Origin: an uncultured Verrucomicrobiae bacterium
GTDB lineage: Bacteria > Verrucomicrobiota > Verrucomicrobiia > Limisphaerales > Palsa-1400
NCBI GenBank assembly: GCA_963707025.1
Contig: CAVPOM010000009.1
Span: 288,001-352,000, forward strand
Direction of reading: 5' to 3'
Length of the DNA stretch: 64,000 nucleotides
Positions 8,894 through 16,552 of the stretch are shown in pieces (position 1 is the first letter of the stretch; the number at the start of each line of letters is the position of its first letter). The position numbers and the translations under genes are program-made. Under the pieces are notes generated by a model. It worked only from the letters and a program-made list of their open reading frames with translations. It was not told the origin of the DNA and ran no database searches.

Positions 8894-10564
8894 TCACTCG
8901 GCCAATTTGGGATGTTGCAGATGAAAAGCGGTGGCGTCCTGGTAGGCCTTGGCCACGGCCAGGAGGCGGGCCTCGCCAAATAAAGGGCCGACGAAACTGA
9001 TGCTGGTGGGCAGGCCGCGGCTGAATCCGTCCGGCACCACCACCTGGGGATGGCCCGTCAGGTTTGTCAAACCTAAATCGTTGTCGTCCATGGTGGGGGC
9101 GACATAGACATCAATGTCCTTCAGGCACTGCGCCATCTGTTGGATGAGTTGCGCGCGCACCTGCTGGGCCCGGAGGTATTCCACCGCCGGGACAAAGCGC
9201 GCCTGGCGCATGGAGTTGGGCCAGGCCCAGGCCTGCTGGCTGGCCAGTTGCGCGTCCTGCCCGCTGCGCGTCAGATCGTCAAAGGCGGCGGCCGCCTCCA
9301 CCTCCAGCAGCAGCGCGTCAATCTCCTTGGGGTATTTGGGCAGCTCGACGGGAATGAGTTTGGCGCCGAGGGATTTCAATTTTTCCAGCGCGGCCATTTC
9401 GTTGCTGTTGCCGCGCGCGCGCTCAAAGGCGGATTTCAAATAGCCGATGCGCAGTTTGGACAAGTCCGCCCTGGCTTTGTAATTGAAGGGCAGATCATAC
9501 ACGGTCGGGTCAATGCCGTCCGGCCCTTGGATGGTGTTGAAGACCAGGGCGCAATCCTCCACCGTCCGGCAAATCGGCCCCAGCTTGTCCATCGTCCAGC
9601 TCAGGGCCATCGCCCCGGTGCGGCTGACCCGGCCGTAAGTGGGGCGCAAGCCGGTCACGCCGCAAACCGTGCAAGGCGAAACAATGGAGCCGCGCGTCTC
9701 CGAGCCAATGGCAAAGCCCACCAGTCCCGCCGCCGTCGCCGCGGCCGGCCCGGCCGAGGAACCGCTGGAGCCTTTGGTCGGATCCCACGGGTTGCGCGTC
9801 CGGCCGCCGAACCAAACATCGCCCATGGCCAGCTCGCCCAGGCTCAGCTTGGCCAGGAGCACCGCGCCGGCGGCATTGAGCCGTTTGACCACGGAGGCAT
9901 CGTCGTCAAACATTTGATTGGTGTAAGGCGCGCCGCCCCAGGTGGTGCGCGTGCCTTTGGTGGCCAGCAAATCTTTGACCCCGTAAGGAATGCCGTGGAG
10001 CGGGCCGCGATAATGGCCGGCGGCGATTTCCCGGTCGGCCCGGCCGGCCTGGGCCAGCGCGGAATCTTCCATCAATGTCACCACGCAGTTGAGTTTTGGC
10101 CCGTATTTTTTCAGCCGATCCAGATACATCCGGGTGAGTTGGGTGGAGGTGACCTGGCGCGACTTGATGAGCGCGGCCAGTTGCCCCACCGAATAAAAGG
10201 CCGCGTCCTCCAGATGGGCCGGGGCGGCCAGTTTGGGGGCGGGCGACCATTCCGGTTTGAGGCGTTTGGTCTCGAAGGTCATGCCGGTGGGGATGGGATT
10301 AAAGAGCACCGCCGGCAGGACGCTGTTGGAGACGCCCAGGTTGCGGATGACCGCGTAATCGCGCTGCTGGGCGCGCAGGCCCGGCAGCATCATGTTGAGT
10401 TTATCTTCCGGCAAATCCAGGCCGAAAAGCCTTTCCGCGGCCAGCACCTCGTTGGTGGTGATGGCGTTGGTGACGGGTGCGGGCTGAGCCTGGCCCGCCG
10501 CGGTAAACAGGGGCGACAGACACAAAAATTGCAGCACGCGAAAGGATGGAGGAGGATATTTCAT
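8894..10564 (-). CDS. Exported amidase-signature family amidase (GatA-like fold)
   Basis: LHGIPYGVKD, GSSGSSAGPAAA, GSETRGSIVSP, GLRPTYGRVSR (Ser-cisSer-Lys triad); signal-peptide-like N-terminus from ATG 10564. Confidence 0.9.
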   Translation of the reverse strand: MKYPPPSFRVLQFLCLSPLFTAAGQAQPAPVTNAITTNEVLAAERLFGLDLPEDKLNMMLPGLRAQQRDYAVIRNLGVSNSVLPAVLFNPIPTGMTFETKRLKPEWSPAPKLAAPAHLEDAAFYSVGQLAALIKSRQVTSTQLTRMYLDRLKKYGPKLNCVVTLMEDSALAQAGRADREIAAGHYRGPLHGIPYGVKDLLATKGTRTTWGGAPYTNQMFDDDASVVKRLNAAGAVLLAKLSLGELAMGDVWFGGRTRNPWDPTKGSSGSSAGPAAATAAGLVGFAIGSETRGSIVSPCTVCGVTGLRPTYGRVSRTGAMALSWTMDKLGPICRTVEDCALVFNTIQGPDGIDPTVYDLPFNYKARADLSKLRIGYLKSAFERARGNSNEMAALEKLKSLGAKLIPVELPKYPKEIDALLLEVEAAAAFDDLTRSGQDAQLASQQAWAWPNSMRQARFVPAVEYLRAQQVRAQLIQQMAQCLKDIDVYVAPTMDDNDLGLTNLTGHPQVVVPDGFSRGLPTSISFVGPLFGEARLLAVAKAYQDATAFHLQHPKLAE

Positions 10565-10711
10565 ACGGCGGCGAAGGTAGATAGTTCCCGCGCGATTTGC
10601 CAGTTGAAAGAACCGCCGCCCTTCTCGCAGCAAAAGGCTCCAAACCTTCCAGGGATGCAGTGCGGAGAACATAAAAATAGCACGATTAGACATGATTGGG
10701 ACGGCACAGAA

Positions 10712-10783
10712 TGGAGTGATGGAGTGGTGGAGTGATGGAGTGGTGGAGTGGTGGAGTGATGGGGTGATGGAGTGATGGAGTGA
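10712..10783. repeat. TGGAGTG(A/G) octamer tandem array, 9 units
   Basis: Read directly; further copies at 11253-11280 and, degenerate, near 5685-5722. Confidence 0.9.
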
Positions 10784-10900
10784 TGTGGAGGTTCTGGTCC
10801 GCGAAGTCCCGCCAAATGGCGCGAAGCTGGAAAACTTTCGTGGGAACCTGGACGATTTTGGCGGGAAATGCTGTTTGGGTGCCTGCCCCCCCTGGGGTCG

Positions 10901-10960
10901 GGAAGTGAAACTAGGTGAAACTAGCTGAAACCAGGTGAAATTAGGTGAAATTAACTGAAA
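10901..10960. repeat. YTAGGTGAAA-like decamer tandem array, 5-6 units
   Basis: ctaggtgaaa ctagctgaaa ccaggtgaaa ttaggtgaaa ttaactgaaa. Confidence 0.85.
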
Positions 10961-11044
10961 ACTCGGCGGTGGTTTTGAACCGGCAAAACCGGGCGCAGCC
11001 ATAAACAAGTTCAGCGCAGCCAGCCGGGAACAAAGGAATTGAAG

Positions 11045-11108
11045 CACGGATTTCGCGGGTTTCACGGATTCAGAATTCTGCATTTTGCATTTTGCATTCT
11101 GCATTTTC
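11045..11108. repeat. CACGGATTT-like nonamer array followed by ATT(T/C)TGC heptamer array
   Basis: Read directly; the heptamer family recurs at about 2972-3003 and 27945-27976. Confidence 0.8.
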
Positions 11109-11252
11109 ATATCCGTGCCCTCCGCGCCCGCGCTGGCGGGCTCCTCCCGGCTGCGGCCCGGGTCTGTGCCTACGTGTCTCACGCTGATGATTCAACCATA
11201 GGTTCTAATTTTTGTCAAGCCCCGGTTGGAAAAAAGTGAAGGCTGGGTCGGC

Positions 11253-11280
11253 TGGAGTGATGGAGTGGTGGAGTGGTGGA
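11253..11280. repeat. TGGAGTG(A/G) octamer array, about 3.5 units
   Basis: Same unit as 10712-10783. Confidence 0.8.
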
Positions 11281-11354
11281 ACCTGGAGGATGGAGGCGCA
11301 CGGATGAGAGTTTTGTGCAATTGCCTGATGGCGAGGCCTTTGCTGCGAAATGCC

Positions 11355-11406
11355 AGCAAGTGAACCGACCGCGCCAACGGCGGTTGGCTCCGGCGGCTGG
11401 TCAGGC
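11355..11406 (-). mobile_element. Degenerate/truncated attC-like site
   Basis: Minus strand GCCTGAC (1 mismatch to RYYYAAC) 7 nt after the ORF stop, then CAGCCGCCGGAGCCAACCGCCGTTGGCGC; no closing GTTRRRY seen. Confidence 0.45.
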
Positions 11407-11413
11407 GGGGCAA

Positions 11414-11632
11414 TCATTTGCTCCCATCATTTCGCCTGAGCTTTTCAGCGGCAAAAAGAAGTATCGCGCCAACAAAAAATGCGTTGCCGATTAAAAAGAA
11501 TCCAATCACGGTGAGCATGGGAGCCTCCCCACTTCCCGAGGGCGAGGAGATCGCTCCGATAAGAAGCACCATGCCACCAACGAAGGGGAATAGGAACGAC
11601 AGCACAGCAGCAATTTGGAGCAATGTTTTCAT
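11414..11632 (-). CDS. Small two-TM membrane protein (cassette-like)
   Basis: 72 aa, two hydrophobic helices, lower GC than flanking genes. Confidence 0.65.
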   Translation of the reverse strand: MKTLLQIAAVLSFLFPFVGGMVLLIGAISSPSGSGEAPMLTVIGFFLIGNAFFVGAILLFAAEKLRRNDGSK

Positions 11633-11915
11633 GATGGGCTTAGGTGTGCGAATCCGCCAAACGGGCGGGCCGGATTCTTGTCAAGGCGCGCCGCGCGGGC
11701 GCACGCAGAGTCAGTTCACTTTGCATTACAAAGTTAGAGTCTCTCGCTGTCCATTCGTTCATTTTTCCCTGGAAAAATTATTCTACAACAGGCTGTTCGT
11801 GCATCAAAAACGGCCAAATGAATACGCACCAAGCGGTGCGGCGGCTTTGAGCAAGGCGAGCATGTCGCGCTCAAAGCGCCTTGCCTCTTCATGCCAGTTT
11901 GGGTAGTTTGTCGCG

Positions 11916-12209
11916 GTGCAAACGAAGATCACAAAGATGGGTGATGGGTTCGCCGTGCTCCTGCCGAAGGCGTTATTGGAAGCATGCGGCTTTGGCGCCG
12001 AAGCCACCGTTACGGTTCAGAACAGCACGCTGATTGTCAGTCCAGGCCCGCGGAAGGCGCGTCAAGGTTGGGCGGAAGCGCTCCGGGCCATTCCACAGGC
12101 GGAGTTGGATCGGGACTTCGAGGAGTTGCAAAGTTTTCGAGAGGCACCGGACGAGTGGAGCGCAACAGGCTTCCGATGGCCGGGTGGCAGCGCCCATGAA
12201 GAGATTTGA
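11916..12209 (+). CDS. AbrB/MazE-family antitoxin
   Basis: MQTKITKMGDGFAVLLPKALLEACG..LIVSP..RQGWAEA; overlaps the toxin start. Confidence 0.85.
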   Translation: MQTKITKMGDGFAVLLPKALLEACGFGAEATVTVQNSTLIVSPGPRKARQGWAEALRAIPQAELDRDFEELQSFREAPDEWSATGFRWPGGSAHEEI

Positions 12210-12514
12210 AGTCTGGCTGACCCGGCTGGATCCTGCCGAGGGATCGGAGATGCGCAAAACGGGACCGGCGGTCATCATCTCGCCCGACAAAATGAACGAT
12301 CGTTTGCACACCGTGCTTGTCGCGCCGCTGACGACCGGCGGATTTGCAGCACCGTTCCGTGTGTCATGCCCGTTCGCTGGTGTTAAAGGGCAAATCGCGT
12401 TGGATCATCTTCGCAGTCTCGCGAAGAGCAGGTGCCTGCGGCGTTTGGATCGCTTGGACGCCAATGGTCGGCGCGGAACTTTTGCAGCAGTTGCGGGAGA
12501 TGTTCAGCTTCTGA
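12196..12514 (+). CDS. PemK/MazF-family toxin (frameshift near 12465)
   Basis: VWLTRLDPAEGSEMRKTGPAVIISP..VAPLTT..IALDHLRSL; typical end LQQLREMF* (TGA 12512-12514) is in the +1 frame. Confidence 0.85.
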
Positions 12515-12566
12515 TCCCAAATACAGTGGGTCGCCCGTACCACCCCTGCGGCAGGAAATGTCCGGG

Positions 12567-13232
12567 TTAAAGGGTGGCGCGCGGGAAGTGGCCGGAGGCG
12601 GACGCAGGCGGCGGCCGGAGCGGCGCGGCCGGGACGCGGCACGGACGCTGGGCGGCCAGGCCGGCCAGGAAAGCGTCCAACTCGGCGCGGAGTTTTTCCA
12701 GCGGCAGGCCGACGACGTTGGTGAAGGAACCGGAGATGGATTCCACCAGTTCCCCGCCCCTTTCCTGGATGGCATAAGCGCCGGCTTTGTCCAGCGGATT
12801 GACCTTCTGGTGATAGCGGCGGATTTGGGTCGGCGTCAGCGCGCGAAAGGTCACGTCGGTCTGCTCGCAAAAGACTTTTTGGCGGTGGCCGCGCAAATAA
12901 ATCAGGCAGACGGCCGTGGTCACCTGGTGCGTCCGGCCTTGCAGGAAGGCGAGCATGTCGCGCGCCTCGGCCCGCGTGCGGGGCTTGCCGAAAATGGCGG
13001 AATCGGCGGAGACCAGCGTGTCCACGCCGATGACGATGGCGTCGGGGAATTGTTTGGAGATGGCGCGGGCCTTGCGGCAGGCGTTGATCTGGGCCAGTTC
13101 GCCGGCACTCCAGTGTTCGCCGTGGGTTTCCGGGGCCTGGCTGGGAACGATTTGAAACCGCGGCCGCAGTTGGCGCAGCAATTCGGAGCGGCGCGGCGAA
13201 GCCGAAGCGAGGATGAGCAGTGGCGCTTCCAT
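12567..13232 (-). CDS. maf: Maf family nucleoside triphosphate pyrophosphatase
   Basis: LILASASPRR, IGVDTLV, FGKP, DKAGAYAIQ, NVVGLP. Confidence 0.92.
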   Translation of the reverse strand: MEAPLLILASASPRRSELLRQLRPRFQIVPSQAPETHGEHWSAGELAQINACRKARAISKQFPDAIVIGVDTLVSADSAIFGKPRTRAEARDMLAFLQGRTHQVTTAVCLIYLRGHRQKVFCEQTDVTFRALTPTQIRRYHQKVNPLDKAGAYAIQERGGELVESISGSFTNVVGLPLEKLRAELDAFLAGLAAQRPCRVPAAPLRPPPASASGHFPRATL

Positions 13233-13343
13233 GGCGGATGGGCGGGCCGGAACGGACCGGCCAACCGGGATGCAGCCTAAACCCAGGCAGGGGAATGAGC
13301 AAGGGGAAAGCAGGGCACTTTTGACATGGAACTGACAATTAAA

Positions 13344-13372
13344 TTGCGGGAAAAGGCCCGTTGGATTAGAAT
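13344..13372 (+). promoter_or_regulatory. sigma70-like promoter, probably leaderless
   Basis: TTGCGG-17 nt-TAGAAT, 6 nt before ATG 13379. Confidence 0.5.
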
Positions 13373-13378
13373 GTGGGC

Positions 13379-13612
13379 ATGTCAATCGCGGAACTGCAAC
13401 ATGCGGCGGGCGAGTTGGCCGAGCAGGAACGGGCGGCCTTTGCCTTGTGGTTGCTTGATACCCTGCCCCCCCATGGTGGCGAAGACGGCTGCCGTGAGGG
13501 CATCGCAGAAGCGGCCCGGCGACGGGAGGAGTTGGATACGGGCCAGTCGCGCCCCCTGGCGGCGGAGGAATTTTGGGCTTCCATTGACCGCGAGCGTTTG
13601 GCGTGGAAATAG
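13379..13612 (+). CDS. Putative addiction-module antitoxin
   Basis: L..ERAAFALWLLDTL..EAARRREELDTG pattern; overlaps a RelE/ParE toxin. Confidence 0.75.
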   Translation: MSIAELQHAAGELAEQERAAFALWLLDTLPPHGGEDGCREGIAEAARRREELDTGQSRPLAAEEFWASIDRERLAWK

Positions 13613-13893
13613 AATTCCATCAGTTGGTCCGCCGGGATGTGCTGGAGATTTTGCGTTACTACCGGGCGGTTTCCACCAGAATTGCCGATGAGTTTCGCAA
13701 CGAGTTGAACGCAAAGATAATTCAGGCGGCAGAGAACCCCTTTCGTTTTCCTGGCGTTGACTGTGGTTTCCGACGCGCCAACCTCACCCGGTTCCCGTAT
13801 CATATCCTCTACGAAGTCCGTGGCGAGCGGCTGCGGGTGATGATTGTGCGCCACCACAAACGCCACCCGAAGTTCGGACTGGAGCGGCAATAA
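13603..13893 (+). CDS. RelE/ParE family toxin
   Basis: MEIEFH..YY..IADEF..NP.RF..RRANLTRFPYHILYEV..IVRHHKRHP. Confidence 0.85.
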   Translation: MEIEFHQLVRRDVLEILRYYRAVSTRIADEFRNELNAKIIQAAENPFRFPGVDCGFRRANLTRFPYHILYEVRGERLRVMIVRHHKRHPKFGLERQ

Positions 13894-13970
13894 CCAGACG
13901 GACAGGCCGTTTTTCAGAAAGCAGGCCCGTCAACATTCCGAGCGCCTTGCGGCAACATCAATTTTGATCT

Positions 13971-13998
13971 TTGACAGCGGGGGATTGCGTTGTAGAGT
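13971..13998 (+). promoter_or_regulatory. Possible sigma70 promoter of the permease
   Basis: TTGACA-16 nt-TAGAGT. Confidence 0.35.
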
Positions 13999-14122
13999 CG
14001 CGGCGAACCATGAACAGGGCAATGAAGCTCCAACACCCGTGCCGGATGGCCCCGCGCCTTTTCCTTCAGGCCAATGGCCAACCCCTGGTATTTGGTTTCG
14101 CTATTAAACCCATCATCCACAC

Positions 14123-15595
14123 ATGAACAATTCAGAGACACCACCGACCGGCCAGCTTCCCTCTTACATTACCAGCGCGACGCCGAATCCGCCCGAAAAG
14201 CGCGCGCCCTGGTACGCCAACACGGCGCCGACCTACGCGGGCATCTTTCTCTGGTTCGTATTCTGGCAGGACGCGGTCAATGCCCCGAACGCGGGCGGGA
14301 TGCTCTCGCAAGGGGTGGGCTGGGCGCTGGTGAGCCTGGTGCTGGCCGCGCTGGTCTGTCACTTTCTGTTCTACTTGGTGCCAGGGCTGTTGGGCATGAA
14401 AACGGGGCTGCCGCTGTATATCGTGGGCACCTCGACTTTTGGCGCGCAGGGCGGTTTTCTCATGCCGGGTTTTCTGATGGGCGTGCTGCAATTCGGCTGG
14501 GTTGGGGTCAACGTCTTTTTTTCCGCGCAGGCGCTGGCGCTGGTCATCCCCATTGACCCACGGATCATCATGGTGGTGTGGGGTGTGCTGGCGGCGTTCG
14601 CCGGGCTAAAGGGCATCCAGTATGTTGCCCGGGTGGCGACCTACCTGCCGCTGATTCCTTTGGTTATCCTGCTGATCCTCCTGGCCAAGACGGCGGGGAG
14701 CATCAGCAGTTTCGACCCGCAGAAGTTCATTGATCTGCACAAAGGTCTGTCGCCGCAAACTCCGGCGGCGCTGGGCACCTTCGGCGTGCTGGCGTTCATG
14801 ATGACGTTCGTGGTCGGCTTTTTTGCCACGGCGGGGGCGGCCGGGGTGGATTTTGGCACCAACAGCCGGAGCAAGAAGGACGTGCAGATGGGGGGCTTGG
14901 TGGGCGTGGCCCTGGCCATCATTTTTACCGCGGGGATTTCAATCCTGGTGGCTGCCGGCACTTACGGTTCGCCCGAATTAAGCAAAGCGGCGGTGGCGGC
15001 GGCGACCGACGCAGCAGCCAAGGCCAATCCGCCTGGGACGCCGAGCTTGATTCTGCAGACGCCTGGTTTGATCCCGACGCTCATGGGCAAGAGCGCCGGG
15101 CTGATTTCGTTCCTGCTGGCGCTGGCCGCCTTTCCGGCGGCGTGTTTCTCCGCGTTTATTGCCGCCAACAGTTTCAAGACCACTTTGCCGAAGGTGAATC
15201 CGTTCATTTCCGTCGGCATCGGCACGGCGGTGAGCATTGTGCTGGCGATTACCGGCCTGGCCGGCAAAGCGATCGTCGTCTTCCAGATTATCGGCGCCTC
15301 CTTCGGTCCCATCTGCGGCGCGATGCTGGTGGACTACCTTCTGTCTGGCGGCACTTGGCCCGGACCGCGCGCGGGCTTCAATCCGGCGGGCTGGCTGGCC
15401 TGGCTGGCGGGCTTCGCGGTGGGCATTCTGCCTATCTTGAAGATCTATGATGTCCCGGCCGCGCCCGTCGCCGCGTTCCTGGTCGGCGTGGTCGTTTATT
15501 TCGTGTGTGCCAAGCTGGGCCTGCAATCGCGGGTCATTCCGCTGCCCGCCAGGCCGGCCGCGCCTGTCAATTCGGCGCCGCCCGCCGCCGGTTAA
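14123..15595 (+). CDS. NCS1/CodB-like nucleobase (cytosine) permease
   Basis: About 12 TM; GMKTGLPLYIVGTSTFGAQG, QFGWVGVN, GPICGAMLVDY, GFNPAGWLAW. Confidence 0.8.
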   Translation: MNNSETPPTGQLPSYITSATPNPPEKRAPWYANTAPTYAGIFLWFVFWQDAVNAPNAGGMLSQGVGWALVSLVLAALVCHFLFYLVPGLLGMKTGLPLYIVGTSTFGAQGGFLMPGFLMGVLQFGWVGVNVFFSAQALALVIPIDPRIIMVVWGVLAAFAGLKGIQYVARVATYLPLIPLVILLILLAKTAGSISSFDPQKFIDLHKGLSPQTPAALGTFGVLAFMMTFVVGFFATAGAAGVDFGTNSRSKKDVQMGGLVGVALAIIFTAGISILVAAGTYGSPELSKAAVAAATDAAAKANPPGTPSLILQTPGLIPTLMGKSAGLISFLLALAAFPAACFSAFIAANSFKTTLPKVNPFISVGIGTAVSIVLAITGLAGKAIVVFQIIGASFGPICGAMLVDYLLSGGTWPGPRAGFNPAGWLAWLAGFAVGILPILKIYDVPAAPVAAFLVGVVVYFVCAKLGLQSRVIPLPARPAAPVNSAPPAAG

Positions 15596-15673
15596 TGCAA
15601 AAGTGGTTGCAGGGAAGGCCGACTCACCGGAAGCTGAAAACGGGCGGGCTTTGCGACGGCTCCTTCTTGGGTA

Positions 15674-15770
15674 GGTAGGGCGGGCAGTCCTCTGCCCGCC
15701 GTCGGGCCGTGAATGGCGAACGGACGTCTCCTCTCCCTCCATCGGCGGGCAGGGGACTGCCCGCCCTACC
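15674..15770. repeat. GTAG-type REP inverted pair
   Basis: GGTAGGGCGGGCAGTCCTCTGCCCGCCG ... CGGCGGGCAGGGGACTGCCCGCCCTACC. Confidence 0.8.
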
Positions 15771-15933
15771 TTTGCCGATCCACCCAAAAATGACCGGTTA
15801 CAAACATGCTTTCTTTTCCGTCTAAGAAAGAGTGGCCCGCGGTGTCGTATGGAGTGAACATGGTGTCCACCCAAAACCAGGCGGACGCCGGGCCGGCCCG
15901 ATGGTCCGCACCCGATTGTCGGGAATCGCCAGC

Positions 15934-16488
15934 ATGGCTTTAATGCAACCAGATCAGGCCAGAGCAAGGCCCGGATGCGAAACGATTGAGGAGCTGTTTG
16001 CCTCCCTCGAATCGCCCCTGTTGAGCTATGCCTTGCGCCTGGCCGGCGGGGTCGGCACGGCGGAGGACCTGGTGCAGGAAGCGTTTATGAAATTGCAGGC
16101 CCAGTTTAACGAAGTGCGCGAGCCGCGGCGGTGGCTTTACCGCACCGTCCACAACCTGGCCCTCAACCAGCGGCGCCGGGCCGGCAAGATCATTTCCCTG
16201 GACGCCAGCACCGCCGACGGCCCGGGCCAAGGGTGCGATCCCGCCGATCCCAAACCGCTGCCCGACGAGCAACTGGTCCGCATGGAGGGCATCGGCCTGG
16301 TGCGGCTCACCTTGGAAACGCTGGACGCGCGCAGCCGCGAACTGATCCGGCTCAAATTCAACGAAAACCTTTCTTACAAGGAAATGAGCGCGCGCACCGG
16401 CCTGACGACCGGCAATGTCGGTTACATCCTGCATTGCGCGCTCAAAAGCATGGCCGAAGAACTAGCCAGGAACGGAGTCGTGCCATGA
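15934..16488 (+). CDS. ECF RNA polymerase sigma factor (start uncertain: 15901/15934/15943)
   Basis: AEDLVQEAFMKL, WLYRTVHNLALN, LSYKEMSARTGLTTGNVGYILH. Confidence 0.9.
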   Translation: MALMQPDQARARPGCETIEELFASLESPLLSYALRLAGGVGTAEDLVQEAFMKLQAQFNEVREPRRWLYRTVHNLALNQRRRAGKIISLDASTADGPGQGCDPADPKPLPDEQLVRMEGIGLVRLTLETLDARSRELIRLKFNENLSYKEMSARTGLTTGNVGYILHCALKSMAEELARNGVVP

Positions 16489-16506
16489 AGCGCGGTGTTT
16501 CCCAGG

Positions 16507-16540
16507 AGATTAAGATTAAGAGTAAGAGTAAGAGTAGGAA
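16507..16540. repeat. AG(A/G)TTA/AGTAAG hexamer array (same family as 8825-8881)
   Basis: agattaagattaagagtaagagtaagagtagga. Confidence 0.75.
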
Positions 16541-16552
16541 TGGAGGTTTGAC

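Noticed and set aside
8894..10564. gatA
   Set aside because: It has a signal peptide and no gatB/gatC context, so a general amidase is the better call.
10565..11182. 205-aa N-terminal extension of the amidase ORF
   Set aside because: It translates intergenic tandem repeats (SLHHSITP, MQNAKCK); a signal peptide begins at ATG 10564.
10712..11280. CRISPR array
   Set aside because: Units are 7-10 bp and contiguous with no spacers, and no cas genes are present.
13999..14122. Riboswitch upstream of the nucleobase permease
   Set aside because: No purine, ZTP or TPP consensus recognised by eye; an Rfam/Infernal scan would be needed.
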